The notes beneath the pieces were generated by a model that saw only the letters and a list, made by a program, of their open reading frames with translations, searched no databases and was not told where the DNA came from. Positions 12,939 through 26,606 of a stretch of 64,000 nt of DNA are shown here, piece by piece. Location: the NCBI RefSeq assembly GCF_009914755.1, contig NC_060931.1; one strand, written 5' to 3'. The translations under genes and the position numbers were made by a program. Position 1 is the first letter of the stretch. The number at the start of each line of letters is the position of its first letter. Source of the DNA: the human T2T-CHM13v2.0 reference genome, Homo sapiens.

Positions 12939-15655
12939 GCTTCAAAGCGCTCCAAATATCCACTTGCAGAGTCTACAAAAAGACTGTTTCAAAACTGCTC
13001 TATAAAAGTAAGGTTGTACCTTGTTAGTTGAATGCACCCATCAAAATGAAGTTTCTGAGAACACTTCTGTCTACTTTTCATGTGAAGATATTTCCTTATC
13101 CACAATAGTCCCCAAAGCCCTCAAAATGCCCACTGGAAGATTCCTCAAAAAGACGGTTTCAAAACTGCAGTATCAGAAGGAAATTTCAACTATGTGAGTA
13201 GAATGCACACATCACAAAGTAGTTTCTGAGAATGCTTCTGTCTAGTTTTTATATGAAGATATTTCCTTTTCTACCTTAAGCCTCAAAGTGCTGCAATTAC
13301 GCACTTTCAGATTCTTCAAAAAGAGGGTTTCAAAACTGCTCTAGCAAAAGGAAGTTTCAACGCTGTGAGTTGAATGCACACATCACAAAGAAGTTTCTGA
13401 GAATGCTTCTGTCTAATTTTTATGTGAAGATAATCCTGTTTCCCAAGAAGGCTTCAAAGCACCCTAATATCCGCCTCCAGATTCTACAGAAAGAGTGTTT
13501 CAAAACTGCTCTATCAAAAGGAAGGTTCAACTCTGTGAGTTGAATGCAGACATCATAAAGGAGTTTCTGAGAATGCTTCTGTCTTGTTTTAATGTGAAGA
13601 TACTTCCTTTTCAACCGATAGCCTAAAAGAGCTCCAAATGTCCAACTGCAGATTTTTTAAAAAGAATGTTTCAAAACTGCACTATCAAAAGAAAGGTTCA
13701 GCTCTGTGAGTTGAATGCACACATCTCAAAGGAGTTTCTGAGAATGGTTCTGTCTAGTTTTTATGTGAAGGTATTCGCGATTCCAATGAAGTCTTCAAAG
13801 CGCTCCAAATATCTGAATGCGGATTCTACAAAAAGAGTGATTCAAAACTGGTCTAAGAAAAGGAAGGTTCAGCTCTGTGAGTTGAACGCACACATCACAA
13901 AAAGTTTCGGAGAATGCTTCCATTTAGTTTTTAGGTGAAGATATTACCTTTTCAACCACAGCCTTCAAAACGCTCCAAATGTCCACTTGCAGATTCTACA
14001 AGAAGATTGTTTCCAGGCGGCTCTATCAAAAGAAATGTTCAACTATGGGAGTAGAATACACACATCACAAAGTCGTTTCTGAGAATGCTTCTGTCTAGTT
14101 TTTATGTGAAGATATTTCCTTTTCTACCAGAGGCCTGAAAGCGCTCCAAATATCCAATTGCAGATTCTACAAAAAGAGTGTTTCAAAACTTCTCTATCAA
14201 AAGTAAGGGTCTGCTTTGTGAGTTGAATGTACACATCAAAATGAAGTTTCTGATTATACTTCTGTCTACTTCTTATGTGAAGATATTCCCTTATCCGCAA
14301 TGGTCCTCAAAGCCCTCGAAATGCCCACTTGAAGGTTCTTCGGAAAGACTGTTTCAAAACTGCTCTATCAAAAGAAAGTTTCCACTTTGTGTGTAGAATG
14401 CACACATCACAAAGTCGTTTCTGAGAATGCTTCTGTCTAGTTTTTATAGGAAGATATTTCCTTTTCTACCATAAGCCTCAAAGCACTGCACATATGAACT
14501 GGCAGATTCTTCAAAAAGAGTGTTTCAAAACTGCTCTATCAGAACTGTTCTATCAACTCTGTGAGTTGAGTGGACACATCACAAAGACGTTTCTGAGAAT
14601 GCTTCTGTCTAGGTTTTAGGTGAAGATATTCTCGTTTCCAAAGAATGCTTCAAAGAGTACTTAAATATCCACCTGCAGATTCTACAAAAGGAGTGTTTCA
14701 AAACTGCTCTAACAAAAGAAAGGTTCAACCTGGGAGTTGAATGCACACATCACAAAGAAGTTTCTGAGAATGCTTCTGTCTAGTTTTAATGCGAAGATAT
14801 TCCCTCTTCCACCATAACCTTCAAAGCGCTCCAAATGTTCATTTGCAGATTTTACAAACAGAGTGTTTCCAGACTGCTCTACCAAAAGAAATTTTCAACT
14901 ATGGGAGTAGAATGCACACATCACAAATTCGTTTCTGAGAATGCTTCTGTCTAGTTTTTATGTGAAGATATTTCCTTTTCTACCATAGGCATAAACGTGC
15001 TCCAAATATCCACTGGCAGATTCTAAAAAAAGAGTGTTTCAAAACTGCTCTATCAAAAGGAAGGTTCAATTCTGTGAGTTGAATGCACACATCACAAAGT
15101 AGTTTCTGAGAATGCTTCTGCCTAATTTTTAATTTTAAGATATTCCCATTTCCAAAGAAGGCTTCAATTTGCTCCAAATATCCACTTGCAGATTGTACAA
15201 AAAGAGGGTTTCAAAACTGCTCTATCAAAAGGAAGGTTCAACTCTGTGAGATGAATGCACATATCACAAAGTGGTTTCAGAGAATGCTTGTTTCTAGTTT
15301 TCAGGTGACGATATTCCCGTTTCCAATGTAGCACTCAAAGAGCTCCAAATATCCTCCTGCAGATTGTGCAAAAAGGGTGTTTCAAAACTGCTCTATCAAA
15401 AAGAAGCTTCAACTCTGTGAGTTGAATGCACAAATCACAAAGAAGTTTCTGGGAATACTTCTGTCTATTTTTATGTGACGATACTCCCGTTTCCAAAGAA
15501 GGCTTCAAAGCACTCCAAATATCCACCTGCAGATTATAAAGGAAGAGTTTTTCAAAACTGCTCAATCCAAAGGAAGGTTCAGCTCCGTGAGTTCAATGCC
15601 CACATCACAAAGAAGTTTCTGAGAATGCTTCTGTCTAGTTTCAAGGGGAAGATAT

Positions 15656-15672
15656 TCCCGTTTCCAACGAAG
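15656..15672 (-). other. CENP-B box (intact)
   Basis: TCCCGTTTCCAACGAAG on +. Confidence 0.95.
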
Positions 15673-18389
15673 GCTTCAAAGCGCTCCAAATATCCACTTG
15701 CAGAGTCTACAAAAAGACTGTTTCAAAACTGCTCTATAAAAGTAAGGTTGTACTTTGTTAGTTGAATGCACCCATCAAAATGAAGTTTCTGAGAACACTT
15801 CTGTCTACTTTTCATGTGAAGATATTTCCTTATCCACGATAGTCCCCAAAGCCCTCAAAATGCCCACTGGAAGATTCCTCAAAAAGACGGTTTCAAAACT
15901 GCAGTATCAGAAGGAAATTTCAACTATGTGAGTAGAATGCACACATCACAAAGTAGTTTCTGAGAATGCTTCTGTTTAGTTTTTATATGAAGATATTTCC
16001 TTTTCTACCTTAAGCCTCAAAGTGCTGCAATTATGCACTTTCAGATTCTTCAAAAAGAGGGTTTCAAAACTGCTCTGGCAAAAGGAAGTTTCAACGCTGT
16101 GAGTGGAATGCACACATCACAAAGAAGTTTCTGAGAATGCTTCTGTCTAATTTTTATGTGAAGATAATCCTGTTTCCCAAGAAGGCTTCAAAGCACCCTA
16201 ATATCCGCCTCCAGATTCTACAGAAAGAGTGTTTCAAAACTGCTCTATCAAAAGGAAGGTTCAACTCTGTGAGTTGAATGCAGACATCATAAAGGAGTTT
16301 CTGAGAATGCTTCTGTCTTGTTTTAATGTGAAGATATTTCCTTTTCAACCGATAGCCTAAAAGAGCTCCAAATGTCCAACTGCAGATATTTTAAAAAGAA
16401 TGTTTCAAAACTGCACTATCAAAAGAAAGGTTCAGCTCTGTGAGTTGAATGCACACATCTCGAAGAAGTTTCTGAGAATGCTTCTGTCTAGTTTTTATGT
16501 GAAGATATTCGCGATTCCAATGAAGTCTTCAATGCGCTCCAAATATCTAAATGCGGATTCTACAAAAAGAGTGATTCAAAACTGGTCTATGAAAAGGAAG
16601 GTTCAGCTCTGTGAGTTGAACGCACACATCACAAAAAGTTTCGGAGAATGCTTCCATTTAGTTTTTAGGTGAAGATATTACCTTTTCAACCACAGCCTTC
16701 AAAACGCTCCAAATGTCCACTTACAGATTCTACAAGAAGATTGTTTCCAGGCGGCTCTATCAAAAGAAATGTTCAACTATGGGAGTAGAATACACACATC
16801 ACAAAGTCGTTTCTGAGAATGCTTCTGTCTAGTTTTTATGTGAAGATATTTCCTTTTCAACCAGAGGCCTGAAAGCGCTCCAAATGTCCAATTGCTGATT
16901 CTACAAAAAGAGTGTTTCAAAACTTCTCTATCAAAAGTAAGTGTCTGCTTTGTGAGTTGAAGGTACACATCAAAATGAAGTTTCTGATTATACTTCTGTC
17001 TACTTCTTATGTGAAGATATTTCCTTATCCGCAATGGTCCTCAAAGCCTTCGAAATGCCCACATGAAGATTCTTCGGAAAGACTGTTTCAAAACTGCTCT
17101 CTCAAAAGAAAGTTTCCACTTTGTGTGTAGAATGCACACATCACAAAGTCGTTTCTGAGAATGCTTCTGTCTAGTTTTTATATGAAGATATTTCCTTTAC
17201 TACCATAAGCCTCAAATCACTGCACATATGAACTGGCAGATTCTTTAAAAAGAGTGTTTCAAAACTGCTCTATCAAAACTGTTCTATCAACTCTGTGAGT
17301 TGAATGGACACATCACAAAGACTTTTCTGAGAATGTTTCTGTCTAGGTTTTAGGTGAAGATATTCTCGTTTCCGAAGAATGCTTCAAAGAGTACTTAAAT
17401 ATCCGCCTGCAGATTCTACAAAAGGAGTGTTTCAAAACTGCTCTAACAAAAGAAAGGTTCAACCTGGGAGTTGAATGCACACATCAGAAAGAAGTTTCTG
17501 AGAATGCTTCTGTCTAGTTTTAATGCGAAGATATTCCCTCTTCCACCATAACCTTCAAAGCGCTCCAAATGTCCATTTGCAGATTTTACAAACAGAGTGT
17601 TTCCAGACTGCTCTACCAAAAGAAATTTTCAACTATGGGAGTAGAATGCACACATCACAAATTCGTTTCTGAGAATGCTTCTGTCTAGTTTTTATGTGAA
17701 GATATTTCCTTTTCTACCATAGGCATAAATGTGCTCCAAATATCCACTGGCAGATTCTAAAAAAAGAGTGTTTCAAAACTGCTCTATCAAAAGGAAGGTT
17801 CAATTCTGTGAGTTGAATGCACACATCACAAAGTAGTTTCTGAGAATGCTTCTGCCTAATTTTTAATTTTAAGATATTCCCATTTCCAAAGAAGGCTTCA
17901 ATTTGCTCCAAATATCCACTTGCAGATTGTACAAAAAGAGGGTTTCAAAACTGCTCTATCAAAAGGAAGGTTCAACTCTGTGAGATGAATGCACACATCA
18001 CAAAGTGGTTTCAGAGAATGCTTGTTTCTAGTTTTCAGGTGACGATATTCCCGTTTCCAATGTAGCACTCAAAGAGCTCCAAATATCCTCCTGCAGATTG
18101 TGCAAAAAGGGTGTTTCAAAACTGCTCTATCAAAAAGAAGCTTCAACTCTGTGAGTTGAATGCACAAATCACAAAGAAGTTTCTGGGAATACTTCTGTCT
18201 ATTTTTATGTGACGATACTCCCGTTTCCAAAGAAGGCTTCAAAGCACTCCAAATATCCACCTGCAGATTATAAAGGAAGAGTTTTTCAAAACTGCTCAAT
18301 CCAAAGGAAGGTTCAGCTCCGTGAGTTCAATGCCCACATCACAAAGAAGTTTCTGAGAATGCTTCTGTCTAGTTTCAAGGGGAAGATAT

Positions 18390-18406
18390 TCCCGTTTCCA
18401 ACGAAG
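18390..18406 (-). other. CENP-B box (intact)
   Basis: TCCCGTTTCCAACGAAG on +. Confidence 0.95.
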
Positions 18407-21121
18407 GCTTCAAAGCGCTCCAAATATCCACTTGCAGAGTCTACAAAAAGACTGTTTCAAAACTGCTCTATAAAAGTAAGGTTGTACCTTGTTAGTTGAA
18501 TGCACCCATCAAAATGAAGTTTCTGAGAACCCTTCTGTCTACTTTTCATGTGAAGATATTTCCTTATCCACAATAGTCCCCAAAGCCCTCAAAATGCCCA
18601 CTGGAAGATTCCTCAAAAAGACTGTTTCAAAACTGCAGTATCAGAAGGAAATTTCAACTATGTGAGTAGAATGCACACATCACAAAGTAGTTTCTGAGAA
18701 TGCTTCTGTCTAGTTTTTATATGAAGATATTTCCTTTTCTACCTTAAGCCTCAAAGTGCTGCAATTACGCACTTTCAGATTCTTCAAAAAGAGGGTTTCA
18801 AAACTGCTCTAGCAAAAGGAAGTTTCAACGCTGTGAGTTGAATGCACACATCACAAAGAAGTTTCTGAGAATGCTTCTGTCTAATTTTTATGTGAAGATA
18901 ATCCTGTTTCCCAAGAAGGCTTCAAAGCACCCTAATATCCGCCTCCAGATTCTACAGAAAGAGTGTTTCAAAACTGCTCTATCAAAAGGAAGGTTCAACT
19001 CTGTGAGTTGAATGCAGACATCATAAAGGAGTTTCTGAGAATGCTTCTGTCTTGTTTTAATGTGAAGATACTTCCTTTTCAACCGATAGCCTAAAAGAGC
19101 TCCAAATGTCCAACTGCAGATTTTTTAAAAAGAATGTTTCAAAACTGCACTATCAAAAGAAAGGTTCAGCTCTGTGAGTTGAATGCACACATCTCAAAGG
19201 AGTTTCTGAGAATGGTTCTGTCTAGTTTTTATGTGAAGGTATTCGCGATTCCAATGAAGTCTTCAAAGCGCTCCAAATATCTGAATGCGGATTCTACAAA
19301 AAGAGTGATTCAAAACTGGTCTAAGAAAAGGAAGGTTCAGCTCTGTGAGTTGAACGCACACATCACAAAAAGTTTCGGAGAATGCTTCCATTTAGTTTTT
19401 AGGTGAAGATATTACCTTTTCAACCACAGCCTTCAAAACGCTCCAAATGTCCACTTGCAGATTCTACAAGAAGATTGTTTCCAGGCGGCTCTATAAAAAG
19501 AAATGTTCAACTATGGGAGTAGAATACACACATCACAAAGTCGTTTCTGAGAATGCTTCTGTCTAGTTTTTATGTGAAGATATTTCCTTTTCTACCAGAG
19601 GCCTGAAAGCGCTCCAAATATCCAATTGCAGATTCTACAAAAAGAGTGTTTCAAAACTTCTCTATCAAAAGTAAGGGTCTGCTTTGTGAGTTGAATGTAC
19701 ACATCAAAATGAAGTTTCTGATTATACTTCTGTCTACTTCTTATGTGAAGATATTCCCTTATCCGCCGTGGTCCTCAAAGCCCTCGAAATGCCCACTTGA
19801 AGATTCTTCGGAAAGACTGTTTCAAAACTGCTCTATCAAAAGAAAGTTTCCACTTTGTGTGTAGAATGCACACATCACAAAGTCGTTTCTGAGAATGCTT
19901 CTGTCTAGTTTTTATAGGAAGATATTTCCTTTTCTACCATCAGCCTCAAAGCACTGCACATATGAACTGGCAGATTCTTTAAAAAGAGTGTTTCAAAACT
20001 GCTCTATCAAAACTGTTCTATCAACTCTGTGAGTTGAGTGGACACATCACAAAGACGTTTCTGAGAATGCTTCTGTCTAGGTTTTAGGTGAAGATATTCT
20101 CGTTTCCAAAGAATGCTTCAAAGAGTACTTAAATATCCGCCTGCAGATTCTACAAAAGGAGTGTTTCAAAACTGCTCTAACAAAAGAAAGTTTCAACCTG
20201 GGAGTTGAATGCACACATCACAAAGAAGTTTCTGAGAATGCTTCTGTCTAGTTTTAATGCGAAGATATTCCCTCTTCCACCATAACCTTCAAAGTGCTCC
20301 AAATGTCCATTTGCAGTTTTACAAACAGAGTGTTTCCAGACTGCTCTACCAAAAGAAATTTTCAACTATGGGAGTAGAATGCACACATCACAAATTCGTT
20401 TCTGAGAATGCTTCTGTCTAGTTTTTATGTGAAGATATTTCCTTTTCTACCATAGGCATAAACGTGCTCCAATATCCACTGGCAGATTCTAAAAAAAGAG
20501 TGTTTCAAAACTGCTCTATCAAAAGGAAGGTTCAATTCTGTGAGTTGAATGCACACATCACAAAGTAGTTTCTGAGAATGCTTCTGCCTAATTTTTAATT
20601 TTAAGATATTCCCATTTCCAAAGAAGGCTTCAATTTGCTCCAAATATCCACTTGCAGATTGTACAAAAAGAGGGTTTCAAAACTGCACTATCAAAAGGAA
20701 GGTTCAACTCTGTGAGATGAATGCACATATCACAAAGTGGTTTCAGAGAATGCTTGTTTCTAGTTTTCAGGTGACGATATTCCCGTTTCCAATGTAGCAC
20801 TCAAAGAGCTCCAAATATCCTCCTGCAGATTGTGCAAAAAGGGTGTTTCAAAACTGCTCTATCAAAAAGAAGCTTCAACTCTGTGAGTTGAATGCACAAA
20901 TCACAAAGAAGTTTCTGGGAATACTTCTGTCTATTTTTATGTGACGATACTCCCGTTTCCAAAGAAGGCTTCAAAGCACTCCAAATATCCACCTGCAGAT
21001 TATAAAGGAAGAGTTTTTCAAAACTGCTCAATCCAAAGGAAGGTTCAGCTCCGTGAGTTCAATGCCCACATCACAAAGAAGTTTCTGAGAATGCTTCTGT
21101 CTAGTTTCAAGGGGAAGATAT

Positions 21122-21138
21122 TCCCGTTTCCAACGAAG
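21122..21138 (-). other. CENP-B box (intact)
   Basis: TCCCGTTTCCAACGAAG on +. Confidence 0.95.
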
Positions 21139-23855
21139 GCTTCAAAGCGCTCCAAATATCCACTTGCAGAGTCTACAAAAAGACTGTTTCAAAACTGCTC
21201 TATAAAAGTAAGGTTGTACCTTGTTAGTTGAATGCACCCATCAAAATGACGTTTCTGAGAACACTTCTGTCTACTTTTCATGTGAAGATATTTCCTTATC
21301 CACAATAGTCCCCAAAGCCCTCAAAATGCCCACTGGAAGATTCCTCAAAAAGACGGTTTCAAAACTGCAGTATCAGAAGGAAATTTCAACTATGTGAGTA
21401 GAATGCACACATCACAAAGTAGTTTCTGAGAATGCTTCTGTCTAGTTTTTATATGAAGATATTTCCTTTTCTACCTTAAGCCTCAAAGTGCTGCAATTAT
21501 GCACTTTCAGATTCTTCAAAAAGAGGGTTTCAAAACTGCTCTAGCAAAAGGAAGTTTCAACCCTGTGAGTTGAATGCACACATCACAAAGAAGTTTCTGA
21601 GAATGCTTCTGTCTAATTTTTATGTGAAGATAATCCTGTTTCCCAAGAAGGCTTCAAAGCACCCTAATATCCGCCTCCAGATTCTACAGAAAGAGTGTTT
21701 CAAAACTGCTCTATCAAAAGGAAGGTTCAACTCTGTGAGTTGAATGCAGACATCATAAAGGAGTTTCTGAGAATGCTTCTGTCTTGTTTTAATGTGAAGA
21801 TACTTCCTTTTCAACCGATAGCCTAAAAGAGCTCCAAATGTCCAACTGCAGATTTTTTAAAAAGAATGTTTCAAAACTGCACTATCAAAAGAAAGGTTCA
21901 GCTCTGTGAGTTGAATGCACACATCTCAAAGGAGTTTCTGAGAATGGTTCTGTCTAGTTTTTATGTGAAGGTATTCGCGATTCCAATGAAGTCTTCAAAG
22001 CGCTCCAAATATCTAAATGCGGATTCTACAAAAAGAGTGATTCAAAACTGGTCTAAGGAAAGGAAGGTTCAGCTCTGTGAGTTGAACGCACACATCACAA
22101 AAAGTTTCGGACAATGCTTCCATTTAGTTTTTAGGTGAAGATGTTACCTTTTCAACCACAGCCTTCAAAACGCTCCAAATGTCCACTTGCAGATTCTACA
22201 AGAAGATTGTTTCCAGGCGGCTCTATCAAAAGAAATGTTCAACTATGGGAGTAGAATACACACATCACAAAGTCGTTTCTGAGAATGCTTCTGTCTAGTT
22301 TTTATGTGAAGATATTTCCTTTTCTACCAGAGGCCTGAAAGCGCTCCAAATATCCAATTGCAGATTCTACAAAAAGAGTGTTTCAAAACTTCTCTATCAA
22401 AAGTAAGGGTCTGCTTTGTGAGTTGAATGTACACATCAAAATGAAGTTTCTGATTATACTTCTGTCTACTTCTTATGGGAAGATATTTCCTTATCCGCAA
22501 TGGTCCTCAAAGCCCTCGAAATGCCCACTTGAAGATTCTTCGGAAAGACTGTTTCAAAACTGCTCTATCAAAAGAAAGTTTCCACTTTGTGTGTAGGATG
22601 CACACATCACAAAGTCGTTTCTGAGAATGCTTCTGTCTAGTTTTTATAGGAAGATATTTCCTTTTCTACCATAAGCCTCAAAGCACTGCACATATGAACT
22701 GGCAGATTCTTCAAAAAGAGTGTTTCAAAACTGCTCTATCAAAACTGTTCTATCAACTCTGCGAGTTGAGTGGACACATCACAAAGACGTTTCTGAGAAT
22801 GCTTCTGTCTAGGTTTTAGGTGAAGATATTCTCGTTTCCAAAGAATGCTTCAAATAGTACTTAAATATCCGCCTGCAGATTCTACAAAAGGAGTGTTTCA
22901 AAACTGCTCTAACAAAAGAAAGGTTCAACCTGGGAGTTGAATGCACACATCACAAAGAAGTTTCTGAGAATGCTTCTGTCTAGTTTTAAGGCGAATATAT
23001 TCCCTCTTCCACCATAACCTTCAAAGCGCTCCAAATGTCCATTTGCAGATTTTACAAACAGAGTGTTTCCAGACTGCTCTACCAAAAGAAATTTTCAACT
23101 ATGGGAGTAGAATGCACACATCACAAATTCGTTTCTGGGAATGCTTCTGTCTAGTTTTTATGTGAAGATATTTCCTTTTCTACCATAGGCATAAATGTGC
23201 TCCAAATATCCACTGGCAGATTCTAAAGAAAGAGTGTTTCAAAACTGCTCTATCAAAAGCAAGGTTCAATTCTGTGAGTTGAATGCACACATCACAAAGT
23301 AGTTTCTGAGAATGCTTCTGCCTAATTTTTAATTTTAAGATATTCCCATTTCCAAAGAAGGCTTCAATTTGCTCCAAATATCCACTTGCAGATTGTACAA
23401 AAAGAGGGTTTCAAAACTGCTCTATCAAAAGGAAGGTTCAACTCTGTGAGATGAATGCACACATCACAAAGTGGTTTCAGAGAATGCTTGTTTCTAGTTT
23501 TCAGGTGACGATATTCCCGTTTCCAATGTAGCACTCAAAGAGCTCCAAATATCCTCCTGCAGATTGTGCAAAAAGGGTGTTTCAAAACTGCTCTATCAAA
23601 AAGAAGCTTCAACTCTGTGAGTTGAATGCACAAATCACAAAGAAGTTTCTGGGAATACTTCTGTCTATTTTTATGTGACGATACTCCCGTTTCCAAAGAA
23701 GGCTTCAAAGCACTCCAAATATCCACCTGCAGATTATAAAGGAAGAGTTTTTCAAAACTGCTCAATCCAAAGGAAGGTTCAGCTCCGTGAGTTCAATGCC
23801 CACATCACAAAGAAGTTTCTGAGAATGCTTCTGTCTAGTTTCAAGGGGAAGATAT

Positions 23856-23872
23856 TCCCGTTTCCAACGAAG
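23856..23872 (-). other. CENP-B box (intact)
   Basis: TCCCGTTTCCAACGAAG on +. Confidence 0.95.
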
Positions 23873-26589
23873 GCTTCAAAGCGCTCCAAATATCCACTTG
23901 CAGAGTCTACAAAAAGACTGTTTCAAAACTGCTCTATAAAAGTAAGGTTGTACCTTGTTAGTTGAATGCACCCATCAAAATGACGTTTCTGAGAACACTT
24001 CTGTCTACTTTTCATGTGAAGATATTTCCTTATCCACAATAGTCCCCAAAGCCCTCAAAATGCCCACTGGAAGATTCCTCAAAAAGACGGTTTCAAAACT
24101 GCAGTATCAGAAGGAAATTTCAACTATGTGAGTAGAATGCACACATCACAAAGTAGTTTCTGAGAATGCTTCTGTCTAGTTTTTATATGAAGATATTTCC
24201 TTTTCTACCTTAAGCCTCAAAGTGCTGCAATTATGCACTTTCAGATTCTTCAAAAAGAGGGTTTCAAAACTGCTCTAGCAAAAGGAAGTTTCAACGCTGT
24301 GAGTTGAATGCACACATCACAAAGAAGTTTCTGAGAATGCTTCTGTCTAATTTTTATGTGAAGATAATCCTGTTTCCCCAGAAGGCTTCAAAGCACCCTA
24401 ATATCCGCCTCCAGATTCTACAGAAAGAGTGTTTCAAAACTGCTCTATCAAAAGGAAGGTTCAACTCTGTGAGTTGAAAGCAGACATCATAAAGGAGTTT
24501 CTGAGAATGCTTCTGTCTTGTTTTAATGTGAAGATACTTCCTTTTCAACCGATAGCCTAAAAGAGCTCCAAATGTCCAACTGCAGATTTTTTAAAAAGAA
24601 TGTTTCAAAACTGCACTATCAAAAGAAAGGTTCAGCTCTGTGAGTTGAATGCACACATCTCAAAGAAGTTTCTGAGAATGGTTCTGTCTAGTTTTTATGT
24701 GAAGGTATTCGCGATTCCAATGAAGTCTTCAAAGCGCTCCAAATATCTAAATGCGGATTCTACAAAAAGAGTGATTCAAAACTGGTCTAAGAAAAGGAAG
24801 GTTCAGCTCTGTGAGTTGAACGCACACATCACAAAAAGTTTCGGACAATGCTTCCATTTAGTTTTTAGGTGAAGATATTACCTTTTCAACCACAGCCTTC
24901 AAAACGCTCCAAATGTCCACTTGCAGATTCTACAAGAAGATTGTTTCCAGGCGGCTCTATCAAAAGAAATGTTCAACTATGGGAGTAGAATACACACATC
25001 ACAAAGTCGTTTCTGAGAATGCTTCTGTCTAGTTTTTATGTGAAGATATTTCCTTTTCTACCAGAGGCCTGAAAGCGCTCCAAATATCCAATTGCAGATT
25101 CTACAAAAAGAGTGTTTCAAAACTTCTCTATCAAAAGTAAGGGTCTGCTTTGTGAGTTGAATGTACACATCAAAATGAAGTTTCTGATTATACTTCTGTC
25201 TACTTCTTATGTGAAGATATTTCCTTATCCGCAATGGTCCTCAAAGCCCTCGAAATGCCCACTTGAAGGTTCTTCGGAAAGACTGTTTCAAAACTGCTCT
25301 ATCAAAAGAAAGTTTCCACTTTGTGTGTAGAATGCACACATCACAAAGTCGTTTCTGAGAATGCTTCTGTCTAGTTTTTATAGGAAGATATTTCCTTTTC
25401 TACCATAAGCCTCAAAGCACTGCACATATGAACTGGCAGATTCTTCAAAAAGAGTGTTTCAAAACTGCTCTATCAGAACTGTTCTATCAACTCTGTGAGT
25501 TGAGTGGACACATCACAAAGACCTTTCTGAGAATGCTTCTGTCTAGGTTTTAGGTGAAGATATTCTCGTTTCCAAAGAATGCTTCAAATAGTACTTAAAT
25601 ATCCACCTGCAGATTCTACAAAAGGAGTGTTTCAAAACTGCTCTAACAAAAGAAAGGTTCAACCTGGGAGTTGAATGCACACATCACAAAGAAGTTTCTG
25701 AGAATGCTTCTGTCTAGTTTTAATGCGAAGATATTCCCTCTTCCACCATAACCTTCAAAGCGCTCCAAATGTCCATTTGCAGATTTTACAAACAGAGTGT
25801 TTCCAGACTGCTCTACCAAAAGAAATTTTCAACTATGGGAGTAGAATGCACACATCACAAATTCGTTTCTGAGAATGCTTCTGTCTAGTTTTTATGTGAA
25901 GATATTTCCTTTTCTACCATAGGCATAAACGTGCTCCAAATATCCACTGGCAGATTCTAAAAAAAGAGTGTTTCAAAACTGCTCTATCAAAAGGAAGGTT
26001 CAATTCTGTGAGTTGAATGCACACATCACAAAGTAGTTTCTGAGAATGCTTCTGCCTAATTTTTAATTTTAAGATATTCCCATTTCCAAAGAAGGCTTCA
26101 ATTTGCTCCAAATATCCACTTGCAGATTGTACAAAAAGAGGGTTTCAAAACTGCTCTATCAAAAGGAAGGTTCAACTCTGTGAGATGAATGCACACATCA
26201 CAAAGTGGTTTCAGAGAATGCTTGTTTCTAGTTTTCAGGTGACGATATTCCCGTTTCCAATGTAGCACTCAAAGAGCTCCAAATATCCTCCTGCAGATTG
26301 TGCAAAAAGGGTGTTTCAAAACTGCTCTATCAAAAAGAAGCTTCAACTCTGTGAGTTGAATGCACAAATCACAAAGAAGTTTCTGGGAATACTTCTGTCT
26401 ATTTTTATGTGACGATACTCCCGTTTCCAAAGAAGGCTTCAAAGCACTCCAAATATCCACCTGCAGATTATAAAGGAAGAGTTTTTCAAAACTGCTCAAT
26501 CCAAAGGAAGGTTCAGCTCCGTGAGTTCAATGCCCACATCACAAAGAAGTTTCTGAGAATGCTTCTGTCTAGTTTCAAGGGGAAGATAT

Positions 26590-26606
26590 TCCCGTTTCCA
26601 ACGAAG
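26590..26606 (-). other. CENP-B box (intact)
   Basis: TCCCGTTTCCAACGAAG on +. Confidence 0.95.
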
